Program-made: the position numbers and the translations under genes
The notes under the pieces: generated by a model
The model's input: the letters and a program-made list of their open reading frames with translations, nothing else
What the model was told of the DNA's origin: nothing
Database searches by the model: none
Source of the DNA: a virus
Strand: one strand, 5' to 3'
Length of the DNA: 64,000 bases
IMG/VR virus record: IMGVR_UViG_3300046616_000188
In this document: positions 41,014 through 51,545 of the stretch, one piece after another
How the letters are laid out: every line of letters starts with the position of its first letter
Position numbering within the stretch: the first letter of the stretch is position 1

Positions 41014-41517
41014 TTGACAACCATCGCATTTCGTGACGGCGTACTTGCATCTGATTCAAAGATTAGCTCTGGCTCAGATGTTTTCGTAGGGGAATTTAAA
41101 AAGGTTTTTAAATTAGTAGTTGAAGAACAGTTATCTTGGGTAGAAAGACTGGTATTTAGAAAAGAGCCACACCAAATAGAATATCTAATCGGCGCAGCTG
41201 GTACACTAAGCGATATCCAAGAATATATTGGTTGTATGTTTCTCGGAGAAGAAAGAACTAAAGGGGATTACGATTGTTCCCTCCTCGCGATTCAGCAAGA
41301 CGAAGATGGCGGCTATATCATTAGGAAGTATGACGGCGGGCTAAGAGGCCATGTCGTTAATGCCAAATATGCTTCAATCGGTTCTGGCTACGAAATAGCA
41401 CTAGGCGCGATGTATCAAGGCGCATCGGCTGAAGAAGCTGTAGCAGCTGCGATGTATCACGATAACACAAGTGGCGGCGAGCTACAAAAAGTGAGCTTCG
41501 CAGACGATGAAGAGTGA
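41014..41517 (+). CDS. Ntn-hydrolase, HslV/proteasome-beta-like peptidase
   Basis: (M)TTIAF..GVLASDS with N-terminal Thr; SIGSG..IALGAM; D..SGG. Confidence 0.7.
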   Translation: MTTIAFRDGVLASDSKISSGSDVFVGEFKKVFKLVVEEQLSWVERLVFRKEPHQIEYLIGAAGTLSDIQEYIGCMFLGEERTKGDYDCSLLAIQQDEDGGYIIRKYDGGLRGHVVNAKYASIGSGYEIALGAMYQGASAEEAVAAAMYHDNTSGGELQKVSFADDEE

Positions 41518-41688
41518 AACAGACGAAAAGCCTTATGGTGAATTAACTAAATATTATGACATGCTGCGACAAGGTAATATGATCGCGGCACGCCTTCATC
41601 AAAAAATTATTTCAGAGCACAGCGCCAAAGCGTTGTTTATCAAGATGATTGAAGATTTGACGAAGGAAGTTTTGAAAGATAATAAAAA

Positions 41689-42009
41689 ATGAACATCATG
41701 ATTGACTATGATAGAACTTTCACAGCTGACGTTGCGATGTGGAGAGAAGTAATTGATAACTCCTTCCTGTTTTACGGACATAAAGTTTTTCTAGTCACAT
41801 CAAGATCAATGGAGCAGCCTATCGATTTGGTTCAAGACTTTGTCGATAGGAAGATTCCTATTATCTATTGCGCGTTCAGGGCTAAGCGCGACGTTTGCAC
41901 CGAACAAGGAATTAGAATTGATATTTGGATCGATGATGATCCTCAGTGGATCACTGACGATATTGTGTTCGATCCTGACAGAGCGGCCAAGAAGCTGGAG
42001 ATGGATTAA
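41689..42009 (+). CDS. minimal HAD-fold protein
   Basis: IDYDRTF, LVTSR, K, IWIDDDP. Confidence 0.65.
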   Translation: MNIMIDYDRTFTADVAMWREVIDNSFLFYGHKVFLVTSRSMEQPIDLVQDFVDRKIPIIYCAFRAKRDVCTEQGIRIDIWIDDDPQWITDDIVFDPDRAAKKLEMD

Positions 42010-42465
42010 TGACGTGCCAAATATTTAAAACTAATCCTGAATTCGTCACGCCGGTTGGAATATGGTTAGCAAGAAAATTAAACAAAGGCGTTGCTCGGGT
42101 CTGGCCTCTGGTACGGCAGAAGACTTACGATAAATTATCTTCACTTTATTATAATAAAATCAAAGAGCTTCACGATTCACTCGAATACGTTGATGAACTG
42201 GAAGAACAGTATTATTCACGTGCTGAAAGAATACTACCATTCCCTTCGGGACGGTACGAAGGATCAATAAAAGAGTCATTGCTCCCTGACAGACCTTATA
42301 AAAGGTTTAGTTATAGATTAGAGCCTATTTGGGGCGGACGAGAAATAGATATCGGATATACCGACGATCCAAATTATACAGACCACGTTAAAGAATTATT
42401 AGTTAAACAGATTGGCGAGCTTTGGCAAGAAAAAGGCGAAGCTGAAGCAAGAAGGTTATTATTTA

Positions 42466-43452
42466 ATGACGACAGGAAAATTCGTAAAATTCCCTTCTAT
42501 TGAGAAGTTTTCAGATGTCAACGCGCTTATTAAGCGCCGCTTTGAACTAAATGATCGACCCACGATCACGTATCGCGGCAAAGTAAAATTACATGGCACA
42601 AATGCGGCAATTCGGATCGATCCAGACGGCACAGTGACTTGCTTCAAACGAACCGGGGTTTGCAACGTCGAGAATGACAATGCTGGATTCGCTAATTGGG
42701 TTGCGGGGATAAAGACGAAATTCCCCGGCTTTCATTATTCTTATATTATTTATGGCGAATGGGCAGGCCCCGGCATTCAGAAGAAAGTGGCAGTATCTTC
42801 TATTGAACATAAAACGTTTTTCGTTTTCGCTATTTTAGATTTAGATAGCGGCATGGTATGGCTTGATCCAGATCAGATCAAGCATTTCCTTGGTGACCTT
42901 CCTGTTAAGGTTTTACCGTGGGCCGAAGGCTCCGAAGTAACCATCGATTTTAGACTCCAAAGCTCGATGGAGCAGGCCATGTCTCACATTGGTAATTTGG
43001 TCGAAGCGTGTGACAAGATCGATCCTTATATTAAAAATGAATTCGGCATTGAGGGAATTGGAGAAGGTTTTGTTTTCACTCCGCATTATGCCGCGATTAA
43101 CTTCGCTGAATATAGTGATTTAATCTTCAAGGCTAAAGGCGATAGCCATACCGTCTCGGTTCATGAAAAGAAGGCTTCGATTCAAATCGATCCAGCCGTT
43201 CTAGAAGGAGCAGCGGCCTTTGCCAAGGAATTTGTCACCCCGGCTCGATGCGAACAAGGCGTGACAGAAGCTTGCGGCGGTGAAGCCTCGATGAAGACGA
43301 TGGGCGCATTCATGAAGTGGATCGGCCAAGACGTGCAGAAAGAATCAGTAAACGAATTGGAAGCTTCAGGCCTTGATTGGAAGAATGTTTCTAAAGCCGT
43401 AAATCAACAAGCGAGAGATTGGTATATCCTCGCAACCGAGAGGAATTTATAA
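42466..43452 (+). CDS. RNA ligase 2 (Rnl2 family)
   Basis: KFPSIEKF, VKLHGTN (KxHGxN), YGEWAG, GEGFV, FKAKG. Confidence 0.85.
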   Translation: MTTGKFVKFPSIEKFSDVNALIKRRFELNDRPTITYRGKVKLHGTNAAIRIDPDGTVTCFKRTGVCNVENDNAGFANWVAGIKTKFPGFHYSYIIYGEWAGPGIQKKVAVSSIEHKTFFVFAILDLDSGMVWLDPDQIKHFLGDLPVKVLPWAEGSEVTIDFRLQSSMEQAMSHIGNLVEACDKIDPYIKNEFGIEGIGEGFVFTPHYAAINFAEYSDLIFKAKGDSHTVSVHEKKASIQIDPAVLEGAAAFAKEFVTPARCEQGVTEACGGEASMKTMGAFMKWIGQDVQKESVNELEASGLDWKNVSKAVNQQARDWYILATERNL

Positions 43453-44114
43453 TGCCTAATAATATTGTATTTGATATCGAATCTACTCCTATTGCTGTTT
43501 ACCCCTACGGGGATTACTATAACATCGGCTCTGGCGTGTCATGGGCCGAAGCGCTTGGCGACCAAAAGGTTGAACCAGCCGTCAGAGAAATTCCGGTAGA
43601 AGTAGGTGATAGGTTTTATGATTCACTGATCGGAGAAGTTGAAGTTATTTATATCTCCGATTTTGGTCAGATCGTCATTAGGTACAGTGACGGTTCGATA
43701 AGCACTTTCGAAACCATTGGCGAATTCAACGGCTCGGGCTTAGAAAAGGTTTTTGAAACCGATGGCTGGATCAATGTTATTCGGGACACTGAATTTAACG
43801 AAGTCTTCTTCGATGATGCAGTTTATGTCACTGAAGAAGCTGCCATTCTCGCCTTTGAAGACACCAAGCTCTCATCATGGGAACTGCTAGATACGACTCA
43901 CATCGCGTGGGACAATAAGTATGACTGATCAGCCAGATATCTATATCAGTAAAGGTCGTACCGGAAGTGGTGATGAAGTCGAAGTCTTCCTTTGGAAATA
44001 CAGACCAACCAACGAAGAAGTTGAGGCCCTGTATCAACAAGTTTATGCCTATGAGTATGAAGAAGATGGCGAAGGCGTTTATTTCACAATCGAGCATGCA
44101 ATGTGGGCACATAA

Positions 44115-44375
44115 ATGAGCAAAGCTAAAATCGGATACCATCTCACTGAAATCAAGAAGGGAGTGCTTGGCGAATCGTCCAAGATTATGGAAGAGCTTCT
44201 TGAACTATGTGATGCAGAAGAGCAAGGTTGCAAGGTAATGGCTCTTGTCGAGCTTTCTGATCTTGTCGGTGCGGTTCGGGCCTATCTTCATCATAACCAT
44301 CCCGGCATCACTTTAGATGATCTTGACCTTATGGCCAGCATCACGAAAAGAGCTTTCGACAATGGAAGACGATGA
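44115..44375 (+). CDS. MazG-like all-alpha NTP pyrophosphatase
   Basis: KIMEELLEL.DA....ALVELSDLVGA (EExxE...ExxD). Confidence 0.65.
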   Translation: MSKAKIGYHLTEIKKGVLGESSKIMEELLELCDAEEQGCKVMALVELSDLVGAVRAYLHHNHPGITLDDLDLMASITKRAFDNGRR

Positions 44376-44516
44376 AGCGTACCAGCGTACTAGGTATCTT
44401 CTATTGGAACAATTGAGACAGCTTGACCAAGAGTTTAAAAAATTGGCTGAGCCTATTCTCCGAAAGCTGGTAGAACTTGAGGCTTGCAGGCCTTGCCCTC
44501 TTTTAAGCGAGCTACA

Positions 44517-45062
44517 ATGGAAAACGATAACATCATCCGATACGATTTAATCGCTCAAGCCCTTGACTTTTATAAAGGTTTAGGCTATAGAGAGATTAAC
44601 GTTCCGTGGCATGTCAGAACTGAAGTCTCTGACATCACTTGCCCAAGCCCTGACAGAGCTTATCCGTTCGAGAATGGCGTGCTGGTAGGATCGGCGGAAC
44701 AGTCAATGATCCAAATGGCATTAGATGGCGAATTGGTCCAAGGCCTAAGCTATGTCACTGTCACACCCTGTTTCAGAAATGAGCCTGAACTAGACCGCTA
44801 CCATCAGAAATATTTTATGAAGGTAGAACTATTTCATTTCGGAATTAATTATCAGGCCTACAGACTTATCCGACACGACGCGTTTCAATTTTTAAAATCT
44901 CTTACGGCTAAAACGATTGATGTTGTTGAATATGACGGACGAAACAGCGATATGGAAATTGATGGTGTCGAAATAGGTTCGTATAACTTTCGCTCCATGA
45001 ACGGCGTTACGTGGACCTGTGGCACCGGCCTAGCCCTGCCGCGATTTACTAAGGTTATGTAA
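44517..45062 (+). CDS. minimal class II aminoacyl-tRNA-synthetase-like catalytic domain
   Basis: Motif 1 LGYREINVP; GSAEQS; motif 2 TPCFRNE..HQKYFMKVEL; EIGSY; motif 3 GTGLALPRF; no anticodon-binding domain. Confidence 0.72.
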   Translation: MENDNIIRYDLIAQALDFYKGLGYREINVPWHVRTEVSDITCPSPDRAYPFENGVLVGSAEQSMIQMALDGELVQGLSYVTVTPCFRNEPELDRYHQKYFMKVELFHFGINYQAYRLIRHDAFQFLKSLTAKTIDVVEYDGRNSDMEIDGVEIGSYNFRSMNGVTWTCGTGLALPRFTKVM

Positions 45063-45191
45063 TGGCAGAGATTCACGATCTAAATGTCTATAGAAAAATT
45101 AAAAAACTCAAAAAGAACAATGACGTATTGGTAAGAGCCTTGGCCGTGTTCGATCACGACAAAGCTAGATATGAAGCAATTATAAAAGAAT

Positions 45192-46924
45192 ATGACCATA
45201 AAAATTGATAGGGTTGACGGGCTATATGTCGCCCGTTGTACCTATGAAGAACGATTAATCCTTAAAAGACAAGGGTTTAAGTATAACGGTAAACGATGGA
45301 TCACTGAAAGTGACGATATCGCTCGTAAGTTATATGACAATTGTACCGGTTTGGCTAAAGAACGTCTCGATAACTTAGACGAGATTAAGAGGCAGCTGGT
45401 AGAAGCATCGTTTGCCGATGATTATGACGGACACCTCCTTGCCCCTGAAGGCTTGAATTATCTCCCGTTCCAGCGCGCCGGTATTGCGTTCGCGTTGGAG
45501 CGTGACGATACGCTTATTGCAGATAGTCCCGGCTTGGGAAAACTGTTCAGGCATTAGGTGTAGTTAACAACGTCCCTAATGTCAAGAATATCTTAATCGT
45601 TGTTCCCGCCTCCCTTAAAATCAATTGGAAAAAGGAGGCGACGAAGTGGATAAGACCTGAGCTTGGCCTAACAATTGGCATAGCTCACACAAAAGCTAAA
45701 ACTATTATAGATTCTGAAGGCACGAAAAAATCTGTCACAGAATACATCTGGCCCGATGAAGATATTGTCATTATCAATTACGACATGCTAGCTCCGTTTC
45801 GCGAAAAGGTCATGGCGCGTAAGTGGGATATTTTAGTCTGTGACGAGGCTCACGTCCTCAAGAACAAAGACGCTAATAAGACAAAGCAAGTCTTAGGTTA
45901 CGAAGGTAAACGCCGCAGCGATAAGATGTCAGCGATTGAAGCTGTTAGAAGGATATTCCTAACCGGTACTCCGATTCTCAATAAGCCGTTGGACATGTTC
46001 TGCACCATCTCGGCCTTCGGCTATGAAGATGTTTTTGGCAACTACGTTAAATTTATTAAAAAATTCTGCGCCGCGTTCGAAACCCCTTGGGGGCATTGGG
46101 ACACGACAGGAACGGATAATCTTGAGGAATTTCAAGAGCTTCTTCGTTCCACCTTCATGATCAGAAGACATAAGGACGACGTTCTGAAGGAGCTTCCGCC
46201 TAAGAGGCGGCAAATCATTACACTGCCTCAAGACGGCCTGTCTCGAATTGTCAAAAAGGAAAAGCAGATTTTCCAAGACAACCTGAAAAATCTCATGATC
46301 CTGAACGGTGAAAAAACCGAGGCAGATTATGAGGAAATGACTGACACGCAGCTTCGTCACCTCATTGATAATATTCACGAAAGAACCAGAAATTTCTCAG
46401 ACGTGGAAGACTTCGACAATTACGAGGCGACTCATTTCGAAGCCATAGCGCATGCCAGAGAAGAAATTGGCTTGGCCAAACTTCCGATGATGATTGAGTA
46501 TATCAGGTCGTTGGTCGATACGGGTGAAAAAGTTGTGGTGCTCGTGGTCCATAGAACTGTGGCTCATAGGATCGCGGATGCGTTCGAAGGTTCAGTTAAA
46601 TTTATTGGAGGCATGAGTGACAAGGAAAAGAATCTTTCTGTTGAGACTTTCCAGACTGATCCAGATTGTAAGGTTTTCGTTGGTAACATCAATGCTGCTG
46701 GCGTTGGTATTACTCTTACTGAGTCGTGGAATCTTGTTATGGGCGAACTATGTTTCGTCCCTGCCTTATTAGAACAAGGCGAAGATAGGATTCACAGAAT
46801 TGGACAAGTGGCTCATGCCTTGATTCATTACCTCATTGTGTCTGGATCACTGGAAGAGCGCTTGATGGAAATCGTGTTAGAGAAACTAGAAATGATTCAT
46901 GCAGCGTTGGATAGAAAGAAATGA
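45192..46924 (+). CDS. SNF2/SMARCAL1-like helicase read through a -1 frameshift at about 45542 (577 aa joined)
   Basis: Frame 0 ends ...LIADSPGLGK; the -1 frame continues TVQAL...IVVPASLKINW...DEAH...LTGTP...QGEDRIHRIGQ with no stop to 46924. Confidence 0.85.
45536..45583 (+). promoter_or_regulatory. candidate programmed -1 ribosomal frameshift signal
   Basis: In-frame X_XXY_YYZ heptamer G_GGA_AAA (45536-42), 7-nt spacer, 9-bp stem GGCATTAGG(45550-58)/CCTAATGTC(45575-83). Confidence 0.5.
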
Positions 46925-47342
46925 AGAAAAAACTAAAATGGGTAAACGCCGCGAGGCGAGAATTAGGCTATCCGGTGTGGACCATGGCGCAACTACTTGA
47001 GCATCAAAAGAGAAAAATAAATGAGAACAAGAAGTGAATGTAATTGTACGTGTCACACAATGCCTGCCAAGATGCACGTCATGGCGTGTTGTGTACCAGA
47101 TAAGGAAGAAAAAATGTACGTATTTAAGACAGAAGGCCTTGAAATTTTAGAAACAGCCAAAGTGGTTCAAACCTCAGAATTCTTTTACGACTTGTTTGAC
47201 GGCGGCTATATCGATCCAAGCCTTATTCTTGTTGAAGAAGACGCGGCGCGTGTTAACGAGGCAATCCGTCTCATCCTAGAATTCCGCGAAACGTTGGAAG
47301 AAAATGACATGGTGGAATATTCGTAACAAAATCAAAAAGCCG

Positions 47343-47371
47343 CTTGACATCTAAATTCAATATCGCTATAT
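47343..47371 (+). promoter_or_regulatory. RpoD promoter with exact rhizobial consensus
   Basis: CTTGAC-N17-CTATAT upstream of the AGGAG RBS of the TAXI gene. Confidence 0.75.
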
Positions 47372-47417
47372 CGATGTTGCAAATGAAATTCCTGACTAAC
47401 AAATTAAGGAGATTTGA

Positions 47418-48332
47418 ATGATTAAGAAGATGATTATGGGTGCCGCACTTGTTCTGGCCGCAACGATGGGCTCGGTCAGCCTCGCTCAGGCCGAAACCCC
47501 GACGCTGAAGTTTTGCTCCGGTGCAAAGGGTGGGGTTTACGACTACACCGCCGAAGTGCTGAAGCAGCAACTTGCTGGCACGGTAGACGTTGTCAACGTT
47601 AACACCGCTGGTTCTATGGATAACCTTCAGAAGATCGCGAGTGGCGAATGTGACGCAGCTGCGGCGCAGAGTGATAGTCTTTATCTCTATGGTAAGGAAA
47701 ATCCGAATGCGCTCGATCTGATCGTTCTGGAAAATAACCTCTATACCGAATTCTTCCACCTGATTTGTAATCGCAAGTCTGGCGTGACGCAGTTTTCCGA
47801 CCTGACCAAGAGCACTCTGGTTTACTCCGGTGGGCGAGGTTCCGGTTCCGATGTTTCACTTCGCGGCCTAATCGCGGCTGATGTTGAACACGGCGGCGGG
47901 GATTACAAGGAAGTTCCGATCAGTAATGAAGGCGGCGCTGCTGCTTTGATTAAGCTTAACGGCGGTAAGGGTGCGTGCCTCGCTTATACCGGCGCTCCGG
48001 GTGGTAAGTTTGTTTCCGGTGATGCTTCGAAGTTCGCTGAATCTCTGGTCATCGTGCCGGTAGAAGATAAGGACTTCAATGATGCGGAATACACCGACTC
48101 GAACGGTGTGAAGCAGTCGGTTTGGTCCAACGTAACGATGCCTTACTCTTCTTACGGCAAGCTGATGCCTAGTGGGACATTCGGTCGCAAAGACGTTGCC
48201 ACGATGGGCGTTGCGGCTGAAATCATTGTCTCTTCGGCTTGGTCCACCGCAAATCCTGACGCCTTTGGTGAAGTAGGCCTCTCTATCCCTGACGTGAAGA
48301 ATTTGGTCCGCTCGACCAAGAAGCTTCAGTAA
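47418..48332 (+). CDS. TAXI-family TRAP transporter solute-binding protein
   Basis: Sec signal ending AQA; SGAKGGVY, TAGSMDNL, AAAQSD, LYTEFFHL, GGRGSGS. Confidence 0.8.
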   Translation: MIKKMIMGAALVLAATMGSVSLAQAETPTLKFCSGAKGGVYDYTAEVLKQQLAGTVDVVNVNTAGSMDNLQKIASGECDAAAAQSDSLYLYGKENPNALDLIVLENNLYTEFFHLICNRKSGVTQFSDLTKSTLVYSGGRGSGSDVSLRGLIAADVEHGGGDYKEVPISNEGGAAALIKLNGGKGACLAYTGAPGGKFVSGDASKFAESLVIVPVEDKDFNDAEYTDSNGVKQSVWSNVTMPYSSYGKLMPSGTFGRKDVATMGVAAEIIVSSAWSTANPDAFGEVGLSIPDVKNLVRSTKKLQ

Positions 48333-48353
48333 GCTGCCGATAGGCAGACCAAC

Positions 48354-48391
48354 ATCCTCCCCAACTAATCCTTGGGGAGGATTATTTTTTT
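48354..48391 (+). terminator. rho-independent terminator
   Basis: ATCCTCCCCAA-N7-TTGGGGAGGAT followed by a T run. Confidence 0.75.
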
Positions 48392-48419
48392 CTCAAATAT
48401 CTGAGAAGGAGTTAAATTT

Positions 48420-49436
48420 ATGAAACCGTTGATTAAATTGGAATTTGGTTCAGCACTTTATGGTACGAAGACTCCTGAAAGTGATACGGATTATAAGGGC
48501 GTCCACGTCCCTGACGCAAATAGCCTTGTGACGCAGGACGCGGATCGTGTCATCTCTAACTCGACTGGTTCGGATAAGATCAAGAATACAAAAGATGACG
48601 TGGATGATGAGAGTTATTCTATTCTGAAGTTCTTTGATATGTTGAAACGGGGAGATATGGTGGCGCAGGAGCTATTACACGTCCCGGTAGAGAAAGCCCT
48701 TGTCATGTCGCCGGAATGGAAAGACCTTATTCTTCCCAATAAGCACAAACTTGTGGCCCGCGATATCAAGGGCTTTGTCGGCTATATCCGCACTCAGTCA
48801 AATCGTTATGGGATTCGCGGCTCACGTGTCGCCACGGCTCGTAACGCGATGGACTTGTTTTCGTTTTGGGTAGCTAGTTATGGCGCTAATACCAAGATCA
48901 AAGATGTGCCCATGTTCCACGAGGAGCTTGAACGCTTCATCGTAGTGAATGATCACGCCGCGTTCGTGACGTTGCCTGTGGCTAAAGGCAGCACTGAAAC
49001 AGTGGAATATTTCGAGGCGATAAATCGTAAAGTTGGCTACACCATTGCTCTGAAAGAAGCTCACGCGATCTACAAGCGTAGTTTCGATGAGTACGGCTCT
49101 AGAGCGCTAATGGCTGAGCAGAATGAGGGTGTGGACTGGAAAGCACTGTATCACGCCATACGTGTCTCGGAGCAGGCCATGGAACTGCTTCAAACGGGTG
49201 TAATCACTTTCCCACGTCACAACGCCGCTGAGCTTCTGACGATTAAGCGTGGCGAACATCCTTATAAAGATATTGCCACTATGCTCGAAAATAATCTTGA
49301 CAAATTAGAAAATTTAATGTTAGTATCTGATTTGCCAGACGCGGTTGATGAAGACTTTATGGATGACGTGGTTCACGATCTTCACTTAAATCAGATTATG
49401 GACGAGTATCAATTAACTTGGGACCTGAATGTTTAA
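48420..49436 (+). CDS. Pol-beta superfamily nucleotidyltransferase (RlaP/PF10127-like)
   Basis: FGSALYGT.TPESDTDYKG; DWKALYHAIR; LLTIKRGE. Confidence 0.8.
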   Translation: MKPLIKLEFGSALYGTKTPESDTDYKGVHVPDANSLVTQDADRVISNSTGSDKIKNTKDDVDDESYSILKFFDMLKRGDMVAQELLHVPVEKALVMSPEWKDLILPNKHKLVARDIKGFVGYIRTQSNRYGIRGSRVATARNAMDLFSFWVASYGANTKIKDVPMFHEELERFIVVNDHAAFVTLPVAKGSTETVEYFEAINRKVGYTIALKEAHAIYKRSFDEYGSRALMAEQNEGVDWKALYHAIRVSEQAMELLQTGVITFPRHNAAELLTIKRGEHPYKDIATMLENNLDKLENLMLVSDLPDAVDEDFMDDVVHDLHLNQIMDEYQLTWDLNV

Positions 49437-50634
49437 TGGATAACTTAGACTCTCCGCTCGACGTAGATCGATATCATTTCGAAAAACATCTGGTAGGCCT
49501 ACAATGGCAACCTCAACCTGATATTTGGTGGGACGATGACTATTTCGAAATTGGCTACGAGTGGATCAGCAAAGATAGAACACGTCACGCCGTTGTCACT
49601 ATAGATGGGACATATGGCCGATACCGCTATTGTTATCTCATTGGCGATAAGTTCGTGGCAGGGAAACAGTTTGATCCACTCTGTTCCGAATTTCCAGATG
49701 ACTTAAGGGAGTATCTTAATGACAGTGTACGTGCTGCGAGAACTTGAAAATATGATTTGGTTTAATGTGGGCGTTGTTGATGAATTAGCGCTGGCAGAAA
49801 AATGGATGAATGAATCGTTTGCTCATGGCCGTCGAAATTTCATAGCTTACGAGTTAAATAGAGGTTTCAAATGATTCGTTATAAACCCGGCGACGTGCTT
49901 CAATTTAAAAATTCTAAAGAGATTAAAAGAATCATAATTAAAGCCACTAGCGATGGCTACATATTTACGAAAGAGGTTTCAGGCCTAGCCGAAGACAGCT
50001 CTGAAACTAACGATCCTTATTTCGAAGACGGCTGGAGGATTTATGATAACGATTAGAGTTGAAGAGCACGAAGATTATTGGGAATGCGGCGATGGCTGTT
50101 GCACCAATTGGGACGTTGTGAGTGTATTTCACCACGAAGGCGAGACATACGAGTACAGAAGTTGCGACGGGGAAGTTAATATTAGAAACTTCCTTGAAGA
50201 GCATTTTCAAATTAAATTTGAGTACGAATGATGTGGAATAAGTTTGAAACTGAAACCCCCGTACCGGGGAGTAAAATTGTAATTGTTTCGGAACGTGGCG
50301 CTTCGTGCTACGCCGCTTATGTTAATAAAAACGGCGATATACTATACGCCGAAGACGGCGAATCACTTAGTGGCGGTTGGTGGGACAGAACAACGCTCTG
50401 GACCTATTTGCCCAATGATCATCCTATCCAATTTATGGAGCAAACCGTCGATGACTGGTATTAAAATGTCAATTGAAGATTACGAAGAACTTTTGGAACG
50501 CCTTAAGATGAAAGACGCTCAGGATTCCGTCAAGATCGAACTAAGCCATTCCGATGTTAAGGTTTTTATTTCTCTCGTTAAATACGAAATTGCCGACTTA
50601 AAGTTCTGGAAAGAAAGAGAAGATTAAATTTTAA

Positions 50635-51213
50635 ATGGCCAAACTTCATTTTTTCTACAGCGTTATGAATGCTGGTAAATCCACTGCCCTGCTCCAAGCC
50701 GCACATAATTATGAAACTAAGGGTTGGAATGTATTATGTTTCACTTCAGCCCTTGACATTCGCGACAAAGTAGGATACATCAGTAGCAGGGTGGGAATTA
50801 AGAGAGAAGCTGTAGCTATGACAAGCGACTCTTATTTTAGCAATCATGTCTCACCTTTCGAACTTGGACGAAAGAGAACTGTTTGGTTCGTAGATGAAGT
50901 CCAATTTCTTGATTCTGAACAAATCGATGAACTTGCTCAAATCGTTGATCACTTTAAAATCCCCGTTCTCTGCTACGGGCTAAAGAATAATTCAAACGGC
51001 GAGCTATTTGGTCCTGCCATTATCAGGCTTCTCGCCCTCGCTGATCAAATTAAAGAATTAAAAACTGTGTGCCATTGTGGCGCAAAGGCAACTCAAATTT
51101 TAAGACGACGTAACGGCGTAGCTACAATCACTTCAGATATTGTCGAAGTGGGAGATAGTGAATATGAATCTGTTTGTCGTACCCATTGGAAAGAAGCATT
51201 TTATGAACACTGA
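50635..51213 (+). CDS. tdk: thymidine kinase
   Basis: SVMNAGKSTALL, ISSRVG, VDEVQF, CYGL, C.CG.KA, YESVCRTHW. Confidence 0.93.
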   Translation: MAKLHFFYSVMNAGKSTALLQAAHNYETKGWNVLCFTSALDIRDKVGYISSRVGIKREAVAMTSDSYFSNHVSPFELGRKRTVWFVDEVQFLDSEQIDELAQIVDHFKIPVLCYGLKNNSNGELFGPAIIRLLALADQIKELKTVCHCGAKATQILRRRNGVATITSDIVEVGDSEYESVCRTHWKEAFYEH

Positions 51214-51529
51214 AACTGATAAGAAAGAACTCGCCGTAGCATCCATCGTTGCAATTATTCTACTACCATTTCTTTTCTGCCTCAATGCTTATACCCTAGC
51301 TTATCTCTGGCTCTGGTTCGTTGTCCCTCTCGGCGTACCAGCGATTGGCATGGCGCACGCCCTAGGCATTCTCTGCCTCAAAGGGTTTCTAACCTCACAT
51401 CTCGCCACGTTTAAGCATGACGAAGAAGATGTGACTAAATCAAAGCTAATGTGGACCAAGACAGCTAGAAATATCGGTGTCCCTTTTGCTTGCCTAGCTT
51501 TTGGGTATATTTACCACAGCTTTATGTGA
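51203..51529 (+). CDS. membrane protein
   Basis: Three to four hydrophobic segments. Confidence 0.55.
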   Translation: MNTETDKKELAVASIVAIILLPFLFCLNAYTLAYLWLWFVVPLGVPAIGMAHALGILCLKGFLTSHLATFKHDEEDVTKSKLMWTKTARNIGVPFACLAFGYIYHSFM

Positions 51530-51545
51530 TTGGAATTTTTTTAAA

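Noticed and set aside
45531-45560. Intein or intron at the SNF2 GK/T site
   Set aside because: This is a known intein insertion point, but there is no inserted sequence; the two halves join with only a one-base offset.
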